Shown in pieces: positions 46,924-56,787 of a stretch of 64,000 nucleotides of DNA (the first letter of the stretch is position 1; every line of letters begins with the position of its first letter). This stretch comes from Desulfurococcaceae archaeon (GTDB taxonomy: Archaea; Thermoproteota; Thermoprotei_A; Sulfolobales; NBVN01), in contig JAJHQJ010000002.1 of assembly GCA_020833415.1 (NCBI GenBank), positions 3,840 through 67,839 on the forward strand. Direction: 5' to 3'. Both the position numbers and the translations under genes were made by a program. Below the pieces are notes generated by a model that had not been told where the DNA came from, searched no databases, and saw only the letters and a list, made by a program, of their open reading frames with translations.

Positions 46924-47296
46924 GGTGATCTCCCTCCTACTGGTAATCCTAGGACTTACCCTAATAGCAATCGGGGTCTTCTTCGACTTCGTCGGAGCTC
47001 TAGGTCTCCTAAGGTTACCCAACTTCTATACGAGACTACACGCAGCTACTGCAGGGGCTATAGGAGGTGCTGTAGTACCTATGCTAGGCGCTTCCCTGCT
47101 CGCACTAGGAGCCGAGTACCTAGGGCCACAGAGGTTCTTCCTAGCCGGGGCAGCGTTTGCGAGTAGCATCCTACTGATGATCCTAGCTCAAGCTGGGTCG
47201 CACGCCCTTGCGAGGGCGACCTACATATCCCAGGGAGCTCCTCTTGAGCCTATAGAGTACGACGCCTTAAGGGAGAGAGGTCGGGGTGGTTCCTAG
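46907..47296 (+). CDS. mnhG: Mrp antiporter subunit G-like
   Basis: 129 aa; LRLPNFYTRLHAATAGAIGG motif. Confidence 0.8.
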   Translation: MRWVVKVISLLLVILGLTLIAIGVFFDFVGALGLLRLPNFYTRLHAATAGAIGGAVVPMLGASLLALGAEYLGPQRFFLAGAAFASSILLMILAQAGSHALARATYISQGAPLEPIEYDALRERGRGGS

Positions 47297-47547
47297 TGGA
47301 GCCCGTAGCTATCCTACTAGCTACGGCGGCAGCCCTCCTCTCAGTTATAGCTACGTACCTAGCTATAGAGGCTAAGGACCTACTAGTAGCAACGGTATTC
47401 TCAGCTGTACAGAGTACGGCCTACGCACTAATGTACTACATACTCATGGCTCCGGACATAGTCCTAGTATACGTACCTGTATCGGTAGGTCTTCTCCCAG
47501 CCGTTACGATACTCTTAATAAAGAAGACTGAGAGGTATGAGAGATGA
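47296..47547 (+). CDS. MbhD / MrpB N-terminal (DUF4040)-like membrane subunit
   Basis: 83 aa, three TM helices, operon position. Confidence 0.6.
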   Translation: MEPVAILLATAAALLSVIATYLAIEAKDLLVATVFSAVQSTAYALMYYILMAPDIVLVYVPVSVGLLPAVTILLIKKTERYER

Positions 47548-48356
47548 AAGCCCGGGAGCTGTTGATAGCTATCTCAATAGCTCTAATGGTACTCCTCCTA
47601 GCGTACGTAATAGAGCTCGGAGGACTAGGTCCGCTAGCTCCGTACGCCCTGAGAGACATAGCTAGGGCCTACCTGGAGTACGTGTACAACCCATGGAACG
47701 TTACCGCAAGCTCCATGGCCTTAGAGGCAGTAACAGCAATAGTCTGGGACTATAGGGGTCTCGATACCTACTTCGAGACGTCAGTACTCTTCGTAGCAAT
47801 AGTAGGTGTGGCAACACTCTACAGGGGTTACCGTGAGTTAAGGGGGCTTGGTGGTGTAGGCCTCTCGGAGATTGTTAAGACCTCAACTAGGGTGCTAATA
47901 CCCTTAATACTGGTAGCCGGAGCTTCAATAGCTATCCACGGTCACCTAACCCCTGGAGGAGGCTTCCAGGGAGGGTCGTTCATGGCTGTCCTCATGGTAC
48001 TACTGGTGGTGGTATTCTCCCTAGATTACGCTTTCGAGAAGGGTCTAACTAGTAGTAGGTTACTAGCCATTAGATCAGCTGGTCTAGTGGGTATACTACT
48101 AACCTCAGTAGCTCTACTAATAGCCGGAGTCGTTGCCGGTGCAGGTGCCTACGTCTTCCAGAACATGGCTAGGGAGGGCTCGGACCTCTCAATGCCTTCG
48201 TGGTTCCTCGATAGACCCCTAGGAGGAACCCTCTTCCTCTTCAACGTCTTCGAGTCTTTGGCCGTAGTCTCTGGGTTAACACTTACGTTCATAGTTCTAG
48301 CCCTTAGGAAGGAGGAGGTAGACCAGGCCCTAGCTACTGGTGAGTGGTGTGAGTGA
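47544..48356 (+). CDS. mnhB: Mrp antiporter subunit B-like
   Basis: 270 aa; GHLTPGGGFQGG hallmark. Confidence 0.8.
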   Translation: MKARELLIAISIALMVLLLAYVIELGGLGPLAPYALRDIARAYLEYVYNPWNVTASSMALEAVTAIVWDYRGLDTYFETSVLFVAIVGVATLYRGYRELRGLGGVGLSEIVKTSTRVLIPLILVAGASIAIHGHLTPGGGFQGGSFMAVLMVLLVVVFSLDYAFEKGLTSSRLLAIRSAGLVGILLTSVALLIAGVVAGAGAYVFQNMAREGSDLSMPSWFLDRPLGGTLFLFNVFESLAVVSGLTLTFIVLALRKEEVDQALATGEWCE

Positions 48357-48753
48357 CTACTTCTCCCTAATGTTTACGGTTGTACTACTATCTCTAGTTG
48401 TCAACATAGGTATAGCCCTGTACGGAATATTCATCAAGCCGTCCCTAGTTAAGAAGTTCATAGCCCTGACAATATTCTCTGACAGCATAAACAGTTTCGC
48501 AATAGCTCTAGGCTTTAGGAGAGTAACCGGTTCCTACCCAGGTGTAGCTGTCCTATCAGACGTTCCGAGAGGTGTAGAGGAGCTTAGGCACTTCTCTACG
48601 GCATCTGTAGACCCCCTACCGCAGGCCCTAGTACTTACAGCCATAGTTATAGGCCTCGCCGTCTACATGTTCCTAACAGGCCTCATAATGCTGTACTACA
48701 GGCACTACGGGACTACACGTGTAGATGCTGCAAGAGGTGGTTCACGTGAGTAG
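48340..48753 (+). CDS. mnhC: Mrp antiporter subunit C (NuoK-like)
   Basis: 137 aa, membrane protein, operon position. Confidence 0.7.
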   Translation: MSGVSDYFSLMFTVVLLSLVVNIGIALYGIFIKPSLVKKFIALTIFSDSINSFAIALGFRRVTGSYPGVAVLSDVPRGVEELRHFSTASVDPLPQALVLTAIVIGLAVYMFLTGLIMLYYRHYGTTRVDAARGGSRE

Positions 48754-49252
48754 GCTACTCAACTACCTAACTGTCTTCGCACTAACATACTCTTTCTACG
48801 TAGTCTTTACCGGAGCATCAACATCCTTTAGTCTAGCTCTAGGGGCCCTGGCCTCAGCAGCTATAACTGTCTTTGCAACACCCCTACTCATCTCCAGAGA
48901 ACTTAGGCTAGCCGACGTAGTTAGGGCCGCCTACCTGGTAGCTTACTACATGTACTACATGGCCGTAGCCGAGGTAGAGGCCCACGTAGGTATAACTAGG
49001 ACTGTCCTGAGTAGGAGGATCCGGATCTCACCAGCTATAGTGGAGGTACCCTACTACGTGCGAACTAGCTTCGGGATGACCCTGATAGCCGGCTCCATAA
49101 CCAATACCCCGGGTACGGTCGTAGTACAGGTCGATACCGCGGGGAGGGTACTATACGTCCACTGGCTTAAGGCAGTAACCTACAGACCCGAGGAGGCTAG
49201 GAGGTACATCTCGGAGAAGTTTGAGGAGTTCGCAGCTAAGATCTTTGGGTGA
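48725..49252 (+). CDS. mnhE: Mrp antiporter subunit E-like
   Basis: 175 aa; ...GSITNTPGTVVVQVD.... Confidence 0.7.
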   Translation: MLQEVVHVSRLLNYLTVFALTYSFYVVFTGASTSFSLALGALASAAITVFATPLLISRELRLADVVRAAYLVAYYMYYMAVAEVEAHVGITRTVLSRRIRISPAIVEVPYYVRTSFGMTLIAGSITNTPGTVVVQVDTAGRVLYVHWLKAVTYRPEEARRYISEKFEEFAAKIFG

Positions 49253-50814
49253 GGGAGTTGCTTACCGCAGCCCTACTACCACTACTCCTAATCGGCCTAG
49301 CCTTCGCTCTCCCAGCTATCTCCCTAGTAGTAAGGAATCCGAGGTTCTTCAGGATCTACGCGGTTACGGCGTCGTTACTGGCCCTCGCGATGGCTTTAGA
49401 TGTAGCTGTAGGTGTCTACAGGACGGGGGTTACGTACTACCTGTTCGGAGGCTTCAGACCGCCTCTAGGCATAGTCTACACTATAGATAAGCTCGGCGCC
49501 GTACTAGGTCTGCTCTCGATCTTCATTCTCGCTATGTCCACTATCTACAGTACCTGGATGGTTAGGTCTAGGTGGGAGTACCTGTACTACACAGCCCTAC
49601 TAGCCTTAGGCGCGGGCTCCGTAGGCTGCCTCTACACAGGTGACGTATTCAACTTCTTCGTAATGCTAGAGGTACTCTCGATATCAGCCTACGTTCTCGT
49701 AGCCTTCTACCGCGATAATCCGAGAGCTGTTGAGGCATCTATAAGGTACTCCATGGTTGGTATGGTAGCTACATCGTTCTACCTACTCTCAGCTTTCGTG
49801 ATCTACGGTTCCTTCGGTACTCTAAACATGGCTGACGTAGCTCTTAAGGCTAGGTCCCCACTAGCTCAAATACAGTACAGCGGTGGGGTCTTCGGTAATG
49901 TAATCCTCTCCTCAGCTCTAGCTATAGCGTTATCCATGTGGACCTTCACCTTCAAGGCAGCTATATTCCCCAACCACTTCTGGCTCCCCGACGCAAACCC
50001 GGAGGCACCTACACCTATCTCAGCCCTATTCGTAGCTGTTATAGACCTCATAGGGGCCTATGGGGCGATCAGGTACCTCTACACGATCTTCGGTACTGGA
50101 AGTGTTATAGAGTATCTGAGGTCGGACATCATGCTCGTACTACACGTACTCGGAGCTCTCTCAGCACTAGTAGGTGCGCTACTCCTAGTAGTGCAGACCG
50201 ACGTTAAGAAGTTCATAGCATACAGTACGATAAGCCACATGGGTCTAGCCTTCATGGCCTTCACCTTAGGTACCGAGCGCGGTGTTGTAGCAGCCATAGT
50301 ACAGCTAGTATCGAACTCTCTTAGTGAGGCCTTACTATTCTACTCCGCGGGGATAGCTATAGTAGCCTCGGGAAGGGCTGTAGAGGGGCTCAGCACCCTT
50401 AGAAGGTATAGGCTTGCCTCAGTAGCCTTCGTAGTAGGGCTACTAAACCTCTTCGGGGTGGTCCCACTATTCATAGGGTTCTGGAGTAAGGTCCTGATAT
50501 TCATAGCTATGGTTGAGGTAGGCTACATCGCGAGTGCGCTGGTACTCGTAGTATCCACCGGGATCTCTGGGTTAGGGTATGTAAGGCTCATAAGGTACTT
50601 AACGAGGCCTAGCGGGAGTGTAAGGGAGGATGGGAGACTGAGGGATCTGAGAGTACCCTATGTAGTTATATCCGTAGTACTACTAGCTCTAGTCCTTCTA
50701 GGGGCGCTCTTCATATACCTACCGGAGTTTAGGGCCCTCCTAGAGGTAGTAGGTACTGAGGTCTTAGACTACGGCAAGTACGTCGAGGCTGTCCTAGGTG
50801 GAACATTTAAGTAG
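49249..50814 (+). CDS. mnhD: Mrp antiporter subunit D (NuoM/N-like proton-conducting subunit)
   Basis: 521 aa; ...FWLPDANPEAPTPISALF.... Confidence 0.9.
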   Translation: MRELLTAALLPLLLIGLAFALPAISLVVRNPRFFRIYAVTASLLALAMALDVAVGVYRTGVTYYLFGGFRPPLGIVYTIDKLGAVLGLLSIFILAMSTIYSTWMVRSRWEYLYYTALLALGAGSVGCLYTGDVFNFFVMLEVLSISAYVLVAFYRDNPRAVEASIRYSMVGMVATSFYLLSAFVIYGSFGTLNMADVALKARSPLAQIQYSGGVFGNVILSSALAIALSMWTFTFKAAIFPNHFWLPDANPEAPTPISALFVAVIDLIGAYGAIRYLYTIFGTGSVIEYLRSDIMLVLHVLGALSALVGALLLVVQTDVKKFIAYSTISHMGLAFMAFTLGTERGVVAAIVQLVSNSLSEALLFYSAGIAIVASGRAVEGLSTLRRYRLASVAFVVGLLNLFGVVPLFIGFWSKVLIFIAMVEVGYIASALVLVVSTGISGLGYVRLIRYLTRPSGSVREDGRLRDLRVPYVVISVVLLALVLLGALFIYLPEFRALLEVVGTEVLDYGKYVEAVLGGTFK

Positions 50815-50843
50815 TAAAAACGTATACAAACGCAACCTAGCGA

Positions 50844-50855
50844 GGTTTAAATACG
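50844..50855 (+). promoter_or_regulatory. TATA-like box (GGTTTAAATACG) between the Mrp module and the flavoprotein gene
   Basis: About 35 nt upstream of ATG 50884. Confidence 0.4.
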
Positions 50856-50883
50856 CTAAAGCAGGGTTTACAGCTGAGGAGGA

Positions 50884-51948
50884 ATGAAGTTCGCGTTCCT
50901 CTGTAAGGAGAGGACCAGGAGTTCTGGGGCTAAGGTAGCTGTAGTCGGTGCTGGTCCAGCTGGGCTAGCGGCTACAGGTTACCTAGTGTGCAGAGGGCAT
51001 GAGGTGGACGTCTACGATAAGCTACCCCTACCAGGTGGTATGATGACCTTCGCTATACCCAAGTATAGAATACCCCTGGATGCAGTTATGGAGGGGGTTG
51101 AGGACCTCCAGAAGAACTTCGGAGTCAAGTTTTACCTATCGACTAAGGTAGTGTGCGGTGAGAGGCACGACGAGGGTGATGAGCTGGCTAGAAATAATGT
51201 AGACCTTACGAAGCTTGTGGAGGGGTACAACGCCGTCCTCATAGCTACTGGGACGTGGCGCTCTAGGAGGTTAGGAGTACCTGGAGAGGATGCCGAGAAC
51301 GTCGTGTCCGCACTCGAGTTCCTACTCAAGCTAAACCTAGGTAGGTTAGGTCTTCTAGAGGGTAAGCTGTGGAGCTTTAGGAGAGTCGTTGTCGTAGGCG
51401 GGGGACTAAGCGCCATAGACGCTGCTGAGGAGAGTCTACTGAGCGGAGCTCAGGAGGTCTACCTAGTCTACAGGAGGACCATTAAGGAGGCCCCAGCCGG
51501 TGAGTACGAGATCGACAGACTCATTAGATTAGGGGTTAGGTGGATCGAGTTAGCAGCCCCTAAGTCTATAGTAGTGGAGAACGGTAGGGCGAGGGCTGTG
51601 GAGTTCCAGAGGATGAAGCTGGGCGAGCCTGACGAGACCGGTAGACCGAGGCCTGTCCCGATACCTGGTAGTGAGTTCACCCTAGAGGCAGACCTAGTTA
51701 TAGCTGCCATAGGTGAGATACCGACACCACCCCTAGCACCTAACTGTGGGGACCTAGTTAAGTACGTAGGGAAGGACGGTAGGGTCCTAGTTGATAGAGG
51801 TTACAGAATACCGGGGACAAACATCTTCGCAGCAGGTGACGTAGTTACCGGACCCTCTAAGATAGGTCAGGCAACTAAACAGGGACTGGAGGCAGCTAGG
51901 GAGATAGACAGGCTTTTGTCAGCTAAGATACTGGTCACTGCGAGGTGA
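50884..51948 (+). CDS. GltD/SudA-like NAD(P)H-dependent flavoprotein (two Rossmann folds, no N-terminal Fe-S domain)
   Basis: 354 aa; KVAVVGAGPAGLAA...IPKYRIP...VVVVGGGLSAIDAAEE...FAAGDVVTGPS. Confidence 0.8.
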   Translation: MKFAFLCKERTRSSGAKVAVVGAGPAGLAATGYLVCRGHEVDVYDKLPLPGGMMTFAIPKYRIPLDAVMEGVEDLQKNFGVKFYLSTKVVCGERHDEGDELARNNVDLTKLVEGYNAVLIATGTWRSRRLGVPGEDAENVVSALEFLLKLNLGRLGLLEGKLWSFRRVVVVGGGLSAIDAAEESLLSGAQEVYLVYRRTIKEAPAGEYEIDRLIRLGVRWIELAAPKSIVVENGRARAVEFQRMKLGEPDETGRPRPVPIPGSEFTLEADLVIAAIGEIPTPPLAPNCGDLVKYVGKDGRVLVDRGYRIPGTNIFAAGDVVTGPSKIGQATKQGLEAAREIDRLLSAKILVTAR

Positions 51949-52445
51949 ACCACGTGAGTGGGGTAGGTAGAGTAGGAGTCCTACTAAGAGCTATAGACTA
52001 CTCAAAGTGCATGGGTTGTGAAACCTGCGAGGTAGTCTGCGGGTTTATACACGAACTGGGACCCTTCATAAGACTCTACGAGATTGGAGGCGGGGTTAGG
52101 AGACCCATATCCTGCTTCCACTGCAGTAGAGCACCATGCGTAGAGGTCTGTCCCACCGGCGCTATGAGACGTGATAGCCAGGGTGCTGTCTACGTAGAGT
52201 TCTCTAGGTGTATAGGGTGTATGGCGTGCCTCTATGCCTGCCCCTTCGGGATCCCCGACTACAGTCCCACTACTAAGACCTCCGTTAAGTGCGATCTGTG
52301 TAGTGACCTAAGGAGAGAGGGGCTTACGGCAGCGTGCGTAGCTATGTGCCCGACGAGAGCTATCATTATAGGTGAGCCGAGGGCCATAGGGGATGAGATG
52401 AAGAGGAGAGCCCTTCTAAGGGTAGTCCACCTAGGTGATACCTAG
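51945..52445 (+). CDS. HycB-like polyferredoxin (four [4Fe-4S] motifs)
   Basis: 166 aa; CMGCETCEVVC, CFHCSRAPCVEVCP, CIGCMACLYACP, CDLC...CVAMCP. Confidence 0.85.
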   Translation: MNHVSGVGRVGVLLRAIDYSKCMGCETCEVVCGFIHELGPFIRLYEIGGGVRRPISCFHCSRAPCVEVCPTGAMRRDSQGAVYVEFSRCIGCMACLYACPFGIPDYSPTTKTSVKCDLCSDLRREGLTAACVAMCPTRAIIIGEPRAIGDEMKRRALLRVVHLGDT

Positions 52446-53953
52446 TGGAGGACCTACTTAGGTATGTCGTGTTTACAGTATCAACGGTACTCATACTAGC
52501 AGGTAATACCAGCCCCATTCGGGCTAAGGCTCTTGGAGCCTCTGTTAGGGTTGCCGGATTTTTGATGCTCCTACTACTCCTACCCTACTGGTACCTGGAC
52601 CCCACCCCCTCGGTCCTACTAACAGTATCGGTAGTTGTAGGCTCCCTCGTAACCCTCTACACCCCGGGTTACTCTAGTAGGAAGTACGGTACAGGACTTC
52701 TCCAGGTACTGGTAGATTTCTTCACACTCTCCGTAGTGCTGGTCTTTGCTTCCAGGTACCTCCTAGAGTTCATTGCCTTCTGGCTCGTAACTGAGGTACT
52801 GGGGTTCTTCGTTGTAGTCTACGATGCTATGCTAGGCATAAATCCCAGGGCCTGGTCAGCTGGGCTCAGGTACTTAGTGGTGTCGATGGTCCCGGCAGAC
52901 CTCTCCCTCCTACTCCTACTAGCCCTAGTAGGGTTGGAGGACTCCCTAAGCGTACCGCTTACGGAGCTAAGGCCTGACCTAACCACACCAATCCTAACAG
53001 TCTTAGCTATGGTGGGCTTCTTCGCTAAGGCGGCTGTAGCCCCCCTCCACTTCTGGCTCCCCGACGCACACTCCATGGCTCCGTCACCGGGTTCCGCCAT
53101 ACTCTCGGGGATAATGGTGAAGATGGGGATCTACGGTATTACTAGACTAGCACTAATGCCGTCTATCGATAGGGGGATCGCGGCTCTGGTATGCCTAGTC
53201 TTCGGCTCACTTACCTCCATATACGGTGGGCTCCAGGCTATAGTTCAGTCCGATATAAAGCGTATCCTAGCCTATAGCACTATATCACACACTAGTACTA
53301 TGACGTTACTACTAGGGCTTTACATACTATCCGGGAGTAGTCAGTTCCTAGCAGCTACCCTGATCTACGCCGCTGCACACGCCATATACAAGGCGTCCCT
53401 ATTCATGGACTCCGGAGTGGTTGAGGTACTAACCCATACAAGGTCTATAGAGAGGCTAGGCTACGTATCCAGATTCGCCCCCGGTGAGACTCTATCGGCC
53501 GTAATATCGGTACTCTCCCTAATCGGGGTTCCGCCAACCCTCGGCTTCCTAACTAAGCTCGCAGTCTTCATGTCACTAGCTGGTCACATACCGCAGTCGT
53601 GGGTCTACCTAGTTGCTACGGTAATAGTAGCCTTCGAGGTAATACTATCGGTAGGCTATAGTGTTAGGTATCTGCTAGCACACGTAGGTAACCCCTCCTA
53701 TAGGTACGAGGAGATCGACCCAGGAGCTCTAAAGCTAACACCCTACGTACTAACCCTCTCAGTTACGTCTGTAGTGCTCCCCTACTACGTACTAACCGCT
53801 ATCGGAGTTGTACCGGCACTCGGATTACCGTTACAGGTAGTATATCTACTCCTAGTACTTACAGCTCTCTTCGGGATTGCCAGCTGGGTGACCTACTCAA
53901 TGCTAAAACGTGGTAGGAGGGATGAGGTCTGGCTCGGGGGTGCTAGACCTTGA
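52445..53953 (+). CDS. HyfB/NuoL-like membrane subunit of group 4 hydrogenase
   Basis: 502 aa; ...FWLPDAHSMAPSPGSAILSGIMVKMG.... Confidence 0.85.
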   Translation: MEDLLRYVVFTVSTVLILAGNTSPIRAKALGASVRVAGFLMLLLLLPYWYLDPTPSVLLTVSVVVGSLVTLYTPGYSSRKYGTGLLQVLVDFFTLSVVLVFASRYLLEFIAFWLVTEVLGFFVVVYDAMLGINPRAWSAGLRYLVVSMVPADLSLLLLLALVGLEDSLSVPLTELRPDLTTPILTVLAMVGFFAKAAVAPLHFWLPDAHSMAPSPGSAILSGIMVKMGIYGITRLALMPSIDRGIAALVCLVFGSLTSIYGGLQAIVQSDIKRILAYSTISHTSTMTLLLGLYILSGSSQFLAATLIYAAAHAIYKASLFMDSGVVEVLTHTRSIERLGYVSRFAPGETLSAVISVLSLIGVPPTLGFLTKLAVFMSLAGHIPQSWVYLVATVIVAFEVILSVGYSVRYLLAHVGNPSYRYEEIDPGALKLTPYVLTLSVTSVVLPYYVLTAIGVVPALGLPLQVVYLLLVLTALFGIASWVTYSMLKRGRRDEVWLGGARP

Positions 53954-54306
53954 GCCATGTGAGGTCCAGCATCCTACGTAGGGTCGAGGAGTACGTTAGG
54001 AAGCTCATGCTCGTGGACAGTTCAGTGGTATTCGATAGGGTCGCTGAGTTAAGTGGACCTACTTCAGAGTCTAGGGAGTCGGAGTTCAGCAAGTTCCTTA
54101 CAAAGGCCCTTCGCTTCGTAGTGAACGTCCCCCAATACTTCTCGGTAGTAGAGTTCGACCTGAGGAAAACAGCGTCCAGGGTTACGAAGGCCCTCGAGAC
54201 CTTTAGGGACTCCTTAGAGACATCGGTAGCCCTCTCATCTCTTCTAGCAGGTACGTTAATAACTGTAGCCCTCCTAGTAATGGTGGTGGTTAGAGGTGCT
54301 CCATAG
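53950..54306 (+). CDS. Hypothetical C-terminally membrane-anchored protein within the hydrogenase operon
   Basis: 118 aa. Start and stop overlap the flanking genes. Preferred over the antisense ORF 53943..54350 by operon context. Confidence 0.5.
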   Translation: MSHVRSSILRRVEEYVRKLMLVDSSVVFDRVAELSGPTSESRESEFSKFLTKALRFVVNVPQYFSVVEFDLRKTASRVTKALETFRDSLETSVALSSLLAGTLITVALLVMVVVRGAP

Positions 54307-55159
54307 CATACTAACCCTAGTAGCTTCTTTAGTAGGGGTTGTACTAGCACCGGTCTACGACGGTCTTGAGCGTAAGCTGAGGGCAGCTATACATACACGC
54401 ATAGGCCCCCCAGTACTTCAGACGTGGTACGACCTAGTGAAGCTGTTCTCCAAGGAACTCGTAATTCCTGAGGGCGGTACGTGGTGCGTCCTCACGCTAG
54501 CCCTAGAGATTACAGCTTTAGTAGCCTCTATAGCCCTACTTAACTACATCCCCTTAGTAACTATCCCGGGGGTAGTGGGAGTTGAGGTGGCAGCCTTCAT
54601 AGCTCTCCTAACAGTAGCTACAGCTCTCACCATGGTGAGAGCCGTAGCCCAGAATAACGTCTACTCAGTTGTAGGTGGATTTAGGGAGTTCACCCTAGCT
54701 CTCTCATCTGAGCCCTTCTTAGTCTTCTCTTACCTAGCCCTAGTAGCTGGTGGGGAGAGACCTGTCTTCAGGATCTCCTCCCTACTCATCCTAACTATCT
54801 GTGCGTACGTACTAAGCAGTAGGATACCCTACGATATCGCTGAGGCCGAACCGGAGCTCTCCGCTGGGGTTAACATAGAGTTAGCCGGACCTCTATTGGG
54901 GGTAGCTACCATGTCCACCGTCCTCAGGAGGTTTCTAGCGGCTGAGCTTACAGCACTAGCACTAGTATCTACGGCAGGGTTCTGGAGCTACCAAGCCCTA
55001 GTCCTATCCCTAGCCCTAACCCCAGCAGTCTGGGTAGTACACGCACTGGTAAGCATACTCCTCGGTAGGACTAGGGTTGATGTAGGTCCTAGAACTCTAC
55101 TCCTAACTCTATTTCCTCTAAGTGTAGTTACGATAACTATCTACGGGTTAGGGCTATGA
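54296..55159 (+). CDS. HycD/NuoH-like membrane subunit
   Basis: 287 aa; ...GLERKLRAAIHTRIGPP.... Confidence 0.85.
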   Translation: MLHSILTLVASLVGVVLAPVYDGLERKLRAAIHTRIGPPVLQTWYDLVKLFSKELVIPEGGTWCVLTLALEITALVASIALLNYIPLVTIPGVVGVEVAAFIALLTVATALTMVRAVAQNNVYSVVGGFREFTLALSSEPFLVFSYLALVAGGERPVFRISSLLILTICAYVLSSRIPYDIAEAEPELSAGVNIELAGPLLGVATMSTVLRRFLAAELTALALVSTAGFWSYQALVLSLALTPAVWVVHALVSILLGRTRVDVGPRTLLLTLFPLSVVTITIYGLGL

Positions 55160-56787
55160 CGGAGTCTGTAAGTAAGCTTATCGAGGAGCTGAAGAGATTG
55201 GGAGGTAGGGTAGAGGAGGTTAAGGATAGGGAGGTCTACCTAGTAGTAGGTAGGGACAACCTAAGAAGCCTAGCCAAGGCACTCTACAGCACCGGAGCCT
55301 ACCTAAAGACCTGTGCAGGTGTGGACGAGAGGCAGGTCCAGGGAGTTCTCTCCATCTACTACATCTTCGGTTTAGACGAGCTAGGGGTTGACGTAGTCCT
55401 CAGGGTACCGGTAACTGAGGACGATGCTAAAATCCCAACTATAGTATTGGAGGTACCGGCCGCGGACTGGTGCGAGCTTGAGGCTAGGGACATGGTTGGA
55501 GTAGAGATAACCGGTAGACCCGTTAGGAGGCTAGTCCTACCGGAGGACTGGCCCGAGGGTATACACCCGCTTAGGAAGGACTTCGACTACTCTGCTAGAC
55601 CTCCGAGGCGTTTTAGGTCGGAGCTACCTGAGGAGGTTGGGGTACCCCTAGGTCCTTACCACCCAGCACTCCACGAACCTGAGTACTTCGAACTCTACGT
55701 AGATGGTGAGAAGGTTGTTGACGTAGTCTACAGGGGCTTCCACGTCCATAGAGGTATAGAGAAGCTGGCTGAGTCACCTAGGTTTACCTACAAGCAGATC
55801 CCGTTCCTAGCTGAGAGGATCTGCGGTATCTGCGGTTTCGTACACTCCAGCTGCTACGTTATGGCTGTCGAGAGAGCGGCCGGGATAGAGGTACCGGAGA
55901 GGGCTGAGTTCATAAGGTCGATAGTCCTTGAGGTTGAGAGACTCCATAGCCACCTACTATGGCTTGGCGTAGCAGCCCACCTACTAGGCTACGATGTAGG
56001 CTTCATGCACGCCTGGAGAATTAGAGAGCACGTCATGGTCCTAGCGGAGTACCTAACAGGGTCTAGGAAGACCTACGGGATAAACATCATAGGGGGTGTT
56101 AGGAGGGACCTAAACGTAGATAAGCTGGATAGAATCCTTAAGACCCTGGCGAAGGTACGTGAGGAGTTTGTGAAGCTAGTCGAGGTCATGCTATCAGTTC
56201 CCCAGATCAAGTTAAGGGCTTCCGGTACGGGGATCCTATCGAGGTCCGAGGCGAGGGCTCTAAGTGTTGTAGGCCCTGTTGCGAGGGCCTCCGGGCTGTA
56301 CAGGGATATTAGGAAGGACTACCCGTACTTCGCCTATAGGGAGGTGTCCTTTAAGGTTCCCCTATACACTGAGGGGGATAACCTAGCTAGGGTCCTAGTC
56401 AGAGTTGAGGAGGTACTGGAGAGCATAGAGATAATCAAGCAACTAGTAGACAAACTACCCGGAGGACCCGTAGCTGTGGAGTCGTGGGACGTACCGCCCT
56501 ATAGGAGGGCTGTAGCAGCTATCGAGGCACCTAGAGGAGAGGATGTGCACTTCATAATAACTGGGGTCGGGAAGCCCTATAGGTGGAGGGTTAGAGCACC
56601 GACATACCAGAACATACCTGCTTTGAGGGCTATGCTGAGGGGGGCTTCACTAGCAGATGCCCCACTAACAATAGCGAGTATAGACCCTTGCTTCTCTTGT
56701 ACAGATAGACTGGTCGTCTATGACTTGAGGACCGGTAGTAGGAGGGTCCTAAGAATCGCGGGAGGTGTATCTGCGTGTCCCTTGTGA
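55156..56787 (+). CDS. Group 4 [NiFe]-hydrogenase large subunit (NuoC-NuoD fusion, HycE-like)
   Basis: 543 aa. The N-terminal ligand motif RICGICGFVHSSCY and the C-terminal DPCFSCTDR are both present, followed by a 25-aa tail. Confidence 0.9.
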   Translation: MTESVSKLIEELKRLGGRVEEVKDREVYLVVGRDNLRSLAKALYSTGAYLKTCAGVDERQVQGVLSIYYIFGLDELGVDVVLRVPVTEDDAKIPTIVLEVPAADWCELEARDMVGVEITGRPVRRLVLPEDWPEGIHPLRKDFDYSARPPRRFRSELPEEVGVPLGPYHPALHEPEYFELYVDGEKVVDVVYRGFHVHRGIEKLAESPRFTYKQIPFLAERICGICGFVHSSCYVMAVERAAGIEVPERAEFIRSIVLEVERLHSHLLWLGVAAHLLGYDVGFMHAWRIREHVMVLAEYLTGSRKTYGINIIGGVRRDLNVDKLDRILKTLAKVREEFVKLVEVMLSVPQIKLRASGTGILSRSEARALSVVGPVARASGLYRDIRKDYPYFAYREVSFKVPLYTEGDNLARVLVRVEEVLESIEIIKQLVDKLPGGPVAVESWDVPPYRRAVAAIEAPRGEDVHFIITGVGKPYRWRVRAPTYQNIPALRAMLRGASLADAPLTIASIDPCFSCTDRLVVYDLRTGSRRVLRIAGGVSACPL

